Of a stretch of 64,000 nucleotides of DNA, positions 9,336 through 13,937 are shown piece by piece. The notes beneath the pieces were generated by a model. It was not told the DNA's origin and searched no databases. It worked only from the letters and a program-made list of their open reading frames with translations. Within the stretch, counting starts at the first letter, position 1, and each line of letters starts with the position of its first letter. The stretch lies in IMG/VR virus record IMGVR_UViG_3300037258_000279, positions 29,665-93,664 of that record; one strand, given 5' to 3'. The position numbers were made by a program, and so were the translations under genes. The stretch comes from a virus.

Positions 9336-9411
9336 TGGCGCCTCGTAGCGGATTCGAACCGCTGTCTCCGGAGTGAAGGTCCGGCCACCTAGCCGCTAGT
9401 AAGAACGAGGC
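9336..9411 (-). tRNA. tRNA-Glu(TTC)
   Basis: loop CC-TTC-AC (C33), CCA. Confidence 0.8.
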
Positions 9412-9415
9412 AATC

Positions 9416-9490
9416 TGGTAGGCGCGGGCGGGGTTGAACCGCCGACCTCCTGCGTGTCGAGCAAGCGATCTACCGCTGATCTACGCGCCC
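9416..9490 (-). tRNA. tRNA-Val(GAC)
   Basis: loop TC-GAC-AC (C33), CCA. Confidence 0.85.
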
Positions 9491-9494
9491 AAGC

Positions 9495-9569
9495 TGGTAC
9501 CCCGCGACGGGATCGAACCGCCGACATCCTCGGTGTAAACGAAGCGCTCTACCTCTGAGCTAGCGGGGC
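9495..9569 (-). tRNA. tRNA-Val(TAC)
   Basis: loop TT-TAC-AC, CCA. Confidence 0.9.
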
Positions 9570-9574
9570 ATGTT

Positions 9575-9651
9575 TGGTCGGAGTGAGTGGATTCGAACCA
9601 CCGGCCCCAGCGTCCCGAACGCTGTGCTCTGCCATGCTGAGCTACACTCCG
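9575..9651 (-). tRNA. tRNA-Pro(CGG)
   Basis: loop TT-CGG-GA, C1-G72, CCA. Confidence 0.9.
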
Positions 9652-9656
9652 TCATC

Positions 9657-9732
9657 TGGCGCTCTTGGTGAGGCTCGAACTCACAACCCCCGAACTAGGA
9701 TTTCGGTGCTCGTCCGATCGAGCTGCAAGAGC
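9657..9732 (-). tRNA. tRNA-Arg(CCT)
   Basis: loop AT-CCT-AG, CCA. Confidence 0.85.
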
Positions 9733-9736
9733 AAAT

Positions 9737-9814
9737 TGGTGCGGGCGACAGGATTCGAACCTGCGACTTCCCGGTCCCAAACCGGGCGCTCTGGCCTGAC
9801 TGAGCTACACCCAC
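9737..9814 (-). tRNA. tRNA-Pro(TGG)
   Basis: loop TT-TGG-GA, CCA; G1-C72 instead of the usual C1-G72. Confidence 0.85.
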
Positions 9815-9823
9815 GAACGAAAC

Positions 9824-9897
9824 TGGCGCTTCCAGTCGGGATCGAACCGGCGTTGACGGCGTGACAAGCCGCTCTCCTACCATTGGAGGATGGAAGC
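9824..9897 (-). tRNA. tRNA-Asp(GTC)
   Basis: loop TT-GTC-AC, G73, CCA. Confidence 0.85.
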
Positions 9898-9906
9898 AAA
9901 CGAATT

Positions 9907-9981
9907 TGGTGGGCTGCCAGGGACTCGAACCCTGAACCTACGGATTAAGAGTCCGCTGCGCTACCATTGCGCCAGCAACCC
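9907..9981 (-). tRNA. tRNA-Lys(CTT)
   Basis: loop CT-CTT-AA, CCA. Confidence 0.9.
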
Positions 9982-9984
9982 GAT

Positions 9985-10060
9985 TGGTGGGCCAGTACGG
10001 GGTCGAACCGTCATCGGACGCTTATCAAGCGTCTGCTCGCAGCCGTTGAGCTACAGGCCC
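9985..10060 (-). tRNA. tRNA-Ile(GAT)
   Basis: loop TT-GAT-AA, CCA. Confidence 0.85.
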
Positions 10061-10061
10061 G

Positions 10062-10146
10062 TGGTGGGTCGGCGTGGTGTCGATCCACTCCCCCGCAGGG
10101 ACGGGTTTTACAGACCCGCTGCCGGATCCGCCGGCTTTGCCTTCCC
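10062..10146 (-). tRNA. divergent tRNA-Tyr(GTA)
   Basis: CGGGT-CTGTAAA-ACCCG, long V arm, 5-bp D stem, ATCGACA T loop, CCA. Confidence 0.75.
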
Positions 10147-10152
10147 GTGATC

Positions 10153-10227
10153 TGGTGCCCGGTGACGGATTTGAACCGCCGGCCTCTCCCTTACCGAGGG
10201 ATTGCACTGCCGCTGTGCTAACCGGGC
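10153..10227 (-). tRNA. tRNA-Thr(GGT)
   Basis: loop TC-GGT-AA (C33), CCA. Confidence 0.85.
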
Positions 10228-10232
10228 ATACC

Positions 10233-10324
10233 TGGCGGTGCCGGAGGGATTCGAACCCTCGGGCCGGCTTTCACCGGCCAACGGTTTAGCAAACCGCCGC
10301 CTTCGGCCACTCGGCCACAGCACC
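10233..10324 (-). tRNA. tRNA-Ser(GCT)
   Basis: loop TT-GCT-AA, long V arm, G73. Confidence 0.9.
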
Positions 10325-10328
10325 ATGT

Positions 10329-10418
10329 TGGAGGAACGTGATGGCATCGAACCATCAGCCGCTCGCGCGGCGCCCCGGGTTTCAGAGCCGGTGAAGGAGC
10401 CAACCTTCGGCACGTTCC
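10329..10418 (-). tRNA. divergent tRNA-Ser(TGA)
   Basis: CCGGC-TCTGAAA-CCCGG, long V arm, 5-bp D stem GAAGG/CCTTC, U73. Confidence 0.7.
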
Positions 10419-10421
10419 AAT

Positions 10422-10509
10422 TGGCGGTTGGGGTGAGATTCGAACTCACGGTGCCCGTAGGCACTCCGGGTTTCGGGTCCGGCGCAATCGGCCACTCTGC
10501 CACCCAACC
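10422..10509 (-). tRNA. tRNA-Ser(CGA)
   Basis: loop CC-CGA-AA (C33), long V arm. Confidence 0.8.
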
Positions 10510-10518
10510 AAACGAATC

Positions 10519-10608
10519 TGGCGGACGGTGAAGGATTCGAACCTTCGGTGCCCAGAACGGGCACGCCGCGATTCCAACGCGGTGCAATCGCCACTCTGCC
10601 AACCGTCC
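10519..10608 (-). tRNA. tRNA-Ser(GGA)
   Basis: loop TT-GGA-AT, long V arm. Confidence 0.9.
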
Positions 10609-10612
10609 GAAC

Positions 10613-10696
10613 TGGTGTCCCCGGGGAGAGTCGAACTCCCACGCCGCGAGGCACAGGCACCTCAAGCCTGCGCGTCTACCATTCCGCCACGAGGAC
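10613..10696 (-). tRNA. tRNA-Leu(GAG)
   Basis: loop TT-GAG-GT, long V arm. Confidence 0.9.
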
Positions 10697-10701
10697 AATT
10701 T

Positions 10702-10786
10702 TGGTGCGAGCCGGGAGAGTCGAACTCCCATGTCTTGCGACACTCGGTCCTGAGCCGAGCGCGTCTGCCTATTCCGCCAGGCTCGC
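10702..10786 (-). tRNA. tRNA-Leu(CAG)
   Basis: loop CT-CAG-GA, long V arm. Confidence 0.9.
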
Positions 10787-10792
10787 GTGATC

Positions 10793-10868
10793 TGGTGCGG
10801 GCATCGGGAGTCGAACCCAATGGAAGCCAGGGTTTAGGCCCGGCCGCGTCACCGTGCGCCATGCCCGC
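10793..10868 (-). tRNA. tRNA-Leu(TAA), short variable arm
   Basis: CCGGG-CCTAAAC-CCTGG (C33), A73, CCA. Confidence 0.7.
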
Positions 10869-10872
10869 ATAT

Positions 10873-10948
10873 TGGCGTCCCGCGGGGGAATTGAACCCGC
10901 CGTTTCCCGAGTGAGAGTCGGGGTTCCTGACCGCTAGAAGAGCGGGAC
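10873..10948 (-). tRNA. tRNA-Glu(CTC)
   Basis: loop CT-CTC-AC, CCA. Confidence 0.85.
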
Positions 10949-10953
10949 ATGGT

Positions 10954-11029
10954 TGGCTGCGGCGGAACGGATTCGAACCTTCGACCTGCGCGCTCAAAAC
11001 GCGCTGCTCTACCGCTGAGCTACGCCGCA
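10954..11029 (-). tRNA. tRNA-Gln(TTG)
   Basis: loop TT-TTG-AG, U1-A72, G73. Confidence 0.85.
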
Positions 11030-11035
11030 ACAAAT

Positions 11036-11109
11036 TGGCAGGGCGGCTCGGATTCGAACCGAGGCGAACGGAGTCAGAGTCCGTTATGCTGCCGTTACAT
11101 CACCGCCCA
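11036..11109 (-). tRNA. tRNA-Gln(CTG)
   Basis: loop CT-CTG-AC, CCA. Confidence 0.85.
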
Positions 11110-11116
11110 TCAAAAC

Positions 11117-11191
11117 TGGTGCCGGTAGAGAGGATTGAACTCCCGACCTTCGCATTACAAATGCACTGCTCTGCCGCTGAGCTATACCGGC
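11117..11191 (-). tRNA. tRNA-Thr(TGT)
   Basis: loop TT-TGT-AA, CCA. Confidence 0.9.
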
Positions 11192-11268
11192 TGGGGTGAG
11201 TAGTGGGGATCGAACCCACGAATGATCGGTTCACAGCCGACCGCGTTAGCCACTTCGCCATACCCACC
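11192..11268 (-). tRNA. tRNA-His(GTG) with encoded G-1:C73
   Basis: loop CT-GTG-AA; G-GTGGGTA...TACTCAC-C-CCA. Confidence 0.9.
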
Positions 11269-11271
11269 ACG

Positions 11272-11356
11272 AAAATGCTACCCGGTGGTCTTGCCTTGAA
11301 ACGACGCCCCACGCGTGAGACGGACAGGTATCGAAACCTGCATCACCGGGTTCTTT
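11272..11356 (-). ncRNA. circularly permuted tRNA-like RNA (resembles the YrlA tRNA-mimic domain)
   Basis: terminal stem ACCCGGTG/CACCGGGT enclosing a T-like arm, a loop-closed acceptor-like hairpin and a D-like arm, in that order. Confidence 0.65.
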
Positions 11357-11430
11357 TGGAGGTGCGCCGCGGAGTCGAACCGCGATTGCGGGATTTGCAG
11401 TCCCGAGCCTAGCCGTTCGGCCAGCGCACC
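11357..11430 (-). tRNA. tRNA-Cys(GCA)
   Basis: loop CT-GCA-AA, U73. Confidence 0.9.
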
Positions 11431-11434
11431 AATC

Positions 11435-11510
11435 TGGCACCGGGGGAGGGATTCGAACTCTCGACACGCGGTTTTGGAGACCGCTGCTCTAGCCACTGAG
11501 CTACCCCGGT
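11435..11510 (-). tRNA. tRNA-Trp(CCA)
   Basis: loop CT-CCA-AA, G73. Confidence 0.9.
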
Positions 11511-11513
11511 AGA

Positions 11514-12107
11514 TCAATAAACTCCGTTCCTGCTGTCGGTGCGAAGCCATTTTCTGACGGCCGCTTCTGATACGCCATATCTCGCGGCGACTTTGACTCG
11601 AGATGCCCGCACCACCATTTCCCGAAGCCGCTTTCCTTCGGGTCTGTCCGGGACCTTAGCTTTAGCCTGAGACCGACATCGATTGCTGCAAAACTTTAAG
11701 CCGGCTCGCAAAGGGGCGCCGCACTTTTCGCATGCTGCCCCATCGTCACGCGGGAGGGTCGCAATGTTCCTTCTCGTGACGCGACCATTACGCATAGATA
11801 GCGGGATTGTTGCCTCGTCAAAGCGCCGAATATTGTCTGGGATTCTGGTGCTCCCCTCATGCACCTCGTCGTGGCAGTTGTGACATAGCATCACACATTT
11901 TCTTGCCTCGTCCGCGACCCGCTTCCATGATCGCGGGACACCGTTGGACGCCATGCTAAATTTTTTCTGCGCCGGCTCGACGTGATGGAACGTCAAGGCG
12001 CGCATCGACTTCGCGTAACCGCAAATTCCACAACGGCCGCCGAACGCGACGACGAGCTTTTCTTTCATTCGTTGCCGCCAACGAACGACCGCAGCGCCAC
12101 CGCTCAT
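11514..12107 (-). CDS. HNH (homing-type) endonuclease with zinc ribbon and C-terminal HTH, inside the tRNA array
   Basis: ATG at 12107; GGRCGICGY...LTFHH...KCVMLCHNCHDEVH; CEKC...FCSNRC; VAARYGVSEAAVRKW. Confidence 0.85.
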   Translation of the reverse strand: MSGGAAVVRWRQRMKEKLVVAFGGRCGICGYAKSMRALTFHHVEPAQKKFSMASNGVPRSWKRVADEARKCVMLCHNCHDEVHEGSTRIPDNIRRFDEATIPLSMRNGRVTRRNIATLPRDDGAACEKCGAPLRAGLKFCSNRCRSQAKAKVPDRPEGKRLREMVVRASRVKVAARYGVSEAAVRKWLRTDSRNGVY

Positions 12108-12109
12108 TT

Positions 12110-12184
12110 TGGCTCCCCGAGCTGGACTCGAACCAGCGACCTGCCGCTTAACAGGCGGTTGTTCTACCACTGAACTACCGGGGA
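12110..12184 (-). tRNA. tRNA-Asn(GTT)
   Basis: loop CT-GTT-AA, G73. Confidence 0.9.
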
Positions 12185-12189
12185 AAAAA

Positions 12190-12292
12190 CTGAAAGAGAG
12201 TTGCCGAAGCTCCCACTGCCCGGGCTTTTCCGCGCGGGTTCGCCACACGATTTCTCGCTGGCGTGGCCCCGACGGACGGCTGCCCGTGTCGG
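12190..12292 (-). ncRNA. unassigned structured RNA (four hairpins) in the tRNA array
   Basis: CCGAC/GTCGG, GCCACG/TGTGGC, CCCG/CGGG and GGGAG/CTCTC stems in an array whose other spacers are 0-10 nt. Confidence 0.4.
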
Positions 12293-12293
12293 A

Positions 12294-12368
12294 TGGAGCG
12301 GGCGACGAGAATCGAACTCGCGACATTCTGCTTGGAAGGCAGAAGCTCTACCCCTGAGCTACACCCGC
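12294..12368 (-). tRNA. tRNA-Gly(TCC)
   Basis: loop CT-TCC-AA, U73. Confidence 0.9.
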
Positions 12369-12377
12369 AATCTTGTG

Positions 12378-12441
12378 CTCGCCCCGGTCGGCGCTGTCGT
12401 GAACAGCATGGAGTGACTTGGCCACAACCGACCGGGACGAA
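12378..12441 (-). ncRNA. unassigned three-way-junction RNA
   Basis: ~15-bp stem TTCGTCCCGGTCGGT/GCCGACCGGGGCGAG capped by hairpins GTGGC-CAA-GTCAC and GCTGT-TCACG-ACAGC. Confidence 0.5.
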
Positions 12442-12442
12442 T

Positions 12443-12518
12443 TGGTGCCGAAGAGTGGAATCGAACCACTGACACCCACGCCTTCAACGTAGTGCTCTAC
12501 CTGCTGAGCTACTTCGGC
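12443..12518 (-). tRNA. tRNA-Phe(GAA)
   Basis: loop TT-GAA-GG, CCA. Confidence 0.9.
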
Positions 12519-12521
12519 AAA

Positions 12522-12750
12522 TTTCTCGGGGCTGGATTTGTCATTCCTCCGTTCCTTGCTAGCAGGGGGAGTCGCAGATACCAGCATACAGGATTGCGGC
12601 ACAGCCACCTTTAGGCTGGCGCTACCAGCCGCTGCGTCCTTGGTGTTTGGACGACCCGAGAATCTTCCGGCGACCGGACCAAGTTCTCATGCAGGAGATC
12701 CCGCCAAGGTCCGAACATTTGCATCATTGACGCCTTAGGGGCGTACCGCC
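12522..12750 (-). ncRNA. unassigned multi-branched structured RNA
   Basis: TTCTCGGG/CCCGAGAA closes a ~140-nt domain with CGTCC/GGACG, CAGCC/GGCTG, GCTGG/CCAGC and CTCC/GGAG stems; upstream CGGACC/GGTCCG domain. Confidence 0.45.
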
Positions 12751-12754
12751 GAGT

Positions 12755-12831
12755 TGGTTGCGCTGGCCGGCAATCGAAGCCGGCGACCTTCGGGTTATGG
12801 ACCCGACGAGCTACCTCTGCTCCACAGCGCG
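12755..12831 (-). tRNA. initiator tRNA-fMet(CAT)
   Basis: C1.A72 mismatch, GGG/CCC anticodon stem, loop TC-CAT-AA. Confidence 0.85.
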
Positions 12832-12836
12832 TCAAA

Positions 12837-12912
12837 TGGTGGCAGGGGTGGGAGTCGAACCCGACGACCTGAGCGTTATGAGCGCACCGATCTACCGCTG
12901 ATCTACCCTGCT
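12837..12912 (-). tRNA. tRNA with CAT anticodon (elongator Met or Ile2 not resolved)
   Basis: loop CT-CAT-AA; A1.C72; lacks the three G-C pairs of initiators. Confidence 0.75.
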
Positions 12913-12919
12913 ATCGAAT

Positions 12920-12994
12920 TGGAGCGGGCAATGGGAGTCGAACCCACGACCTCAACCTTGGCAAGGTTGCGCTCTGCCCCTGAGCTATGCCCGC
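12920..12994 (-). tRNA. tRNA-Gly(GCC)
   Basis: loop TT-GCC-AA, U73. Confidence 0.9.
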
Positions 12995-12998
12995 AAAT

Positions 12999-13074
12999 TG
13001 GTGGAGGTAGAGGGACTCGAACCCACGACATCCTGCTTGCAAAACAGGCGCTCTCCCAACTGAGCTATACCCCC
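12999..13074 (-). tRNA. tRNA-Ala(TGC)
   Basis: G3.U70, loop TT-TGC-AA. Confidence 0.9.
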
Positions 13075-13092
13075 GGAAAAAATCTGGCGCAT

Positions 13093-13245
13093 CTGGCTTT
13101 CAAGGGACCACCGGATCGCCCGGCCGTCTTCCTAGTGGTGTGGCCCGGCGCACGCGGCGCCAGTTGTCCCGATGCAGAGCCGGGGAAGGTCGAACCAGAC
13201 CTTGCTTGCCGGTGGTCTACAACCCCTACGCCTTCGACAAACCAA
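13093..13245 (-). ncRNA. Y RNA-like ncRNA
   Basis: 5' TTGGTTTGTCGAAGG (contains GNCGAAG) pairs with 3' CCTTGAAAGCCAG as a bulged helix; 13-nt asymmetric loop; perfect 9-bp GACCACCGG/CCGGTGGTC stem; branched apical domain. Confidence 0.6.
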
Positions 13246-13250
13246 TAACG

Positions 13251-13280
13251 AAAAAACCTCCCGCGGTTTCCCGGGGAGGC
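13251..13280 (-). terminator. intrinsic terminator (candidate attenuator) upstream of the RNA array
   Basis: GCCTCCCCGG-GAAA-CCGCGGGAGG-TTTTTT. Confidence 0.85.
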
Positions 13281-13309
13281 TCTTCGATCTTTCGATCTGA
13301 TCCGAGTAT

Positions 13310-13447
13310 TTATTTCTCGGACGAAGCCTCCCTGCGGGCGGGTTGCCGCTGCGCGCTATTACCCATCGGGTGATGGATAAAGGACGTGCGCGACCACCCG
13401 AATGTTTCGGATAGTTTCGCTCGCAGATTTGAGGCCGTTAAGAGCAT
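13310..13447 (-). CDS. putative attenuator leader peptide, 45 aa (MLLTASNLRAKLSETFGWSRTSFIHHPMGNSAQRQPARREASSEK)
   Basis: ATG at 13447 to TAA at 13310, between promoter and terminator; GGGAGGCT at 13325-13332 is complementary to terminator arm AGCCTCCC at 13274-13281. Confidence 0.65.
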   Translation of the reverse strand: MLLTASNLRAKLSETFGWSRTSFIHHPMGNSAQRQPARREASSEK

Positions 13448-13454
13448 GGCGGGA

Positions 13455-13483
13455 AACCTAGTGTCTACCGACCGACTTGTAAA
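13455..13483 (-). promoter_or_regulatory. sigma70-type promoter of the tRNA island
   Basis: TTTACA-N17-TAGGTT, then 7 nt to the leader ATG, so the transcript would be leaderless. Confidence 0.6.
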
Positions 13484-13511
13484 GGGGGTTTCTCGCGATA
13501 TTTTTTACGAA

Positions 13512-13937
13512 CTATTTCACGTTGGCGAAAAACATGGTGCTGCCTTGTTTCCCCGTCATTGTGGCACCTTGCGTCCATGCCGGCGCCGCGATGGTATCGG
13601 CGTAGAAATTGACGGCACCGCCGGTCGGATCCCCCTCGCCCGCCACCACCGCCGCCAAGACTTCATCGTAGGCTGCGAGCGCGTCGAGGATCACCGGATC
13701 GTCGGGTGCTTTCGCGGCCACGCGTTCGAGATTGGCATTGTCTGCCGAATCCGCGTTCCATTCGCTGAACTGCATGCGCTTCAGACACACCGCCGCTGGC
13801 GTCGAGCCATAGCGCGCCGGATTGATCTGAGCACGATTGAAGATCACCCAGACGATCCAGCGCCGTGCCGTTGGGTCATTCTCTTCGCATGCCGCCGTGA
13901 TGGCGCACACGATGCGATCGGCAAAGCCCGTGTTCAT
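13512..13937 (-). CDS. cell wall hydrolase / endolysin (SleB, Hydrolase_2-like)
   Basis: EE...VIFNR...VCLKRMQFSEWN...DPTGGAVNFY...PAW motifs. Confidence 0.85.
   Translation of the reverse strand: MNTGFADRIVCAITAACEENDPTARRWIVWVIFNRAQINPARYGSTPAAVCLKRMQFSEWNADSADNANLERVAAKAPDDPVILDALAAYDEVLAAVVAGEGDPTGGAVNFYADTIAAPAWTQGATMTGKQGSTMFFANVK

Noticed and set aside
9170-10868. Amber suppressor (CTA) readings of the Arg-TCT-like and Leu-TAA loops
   Set aside because: Stem pairing centres the loops on TCT and TAA, and TAG is used as a normal stop in several genes.
12560-12660. c-di-GMP-I riboswitch resemblance (GGACGCA...CCTAA...GG...TGCCG)
   Set aside because: No GNRA-capped P1 or GGCAAA/GCAAAG core; similarity is too weak.
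12185-13250. tmRNA, hammerhead or HDV-like (theta) ribozyme identity for the array inserts
   Set aside because: I could not build a tmRNA acceptor/T arm, a CUGANGA/GAAA core or a nested double pseudoknot by eye. A cmscan is needed to exclude them formally.
8830-13450. Many short ORFs in the track overlapping the tRNA array, and the 5' extensions of 11514..12326 and 8689..8916
   Set aside because: They are translations of tRNA/ncRNA sequence with no protein-like features.
13251-13450. T-box riboswitch
   Set aside because: No UGGNACC T-box bulge or stem I motifs; the ORF-based attenuator explains the layout better.
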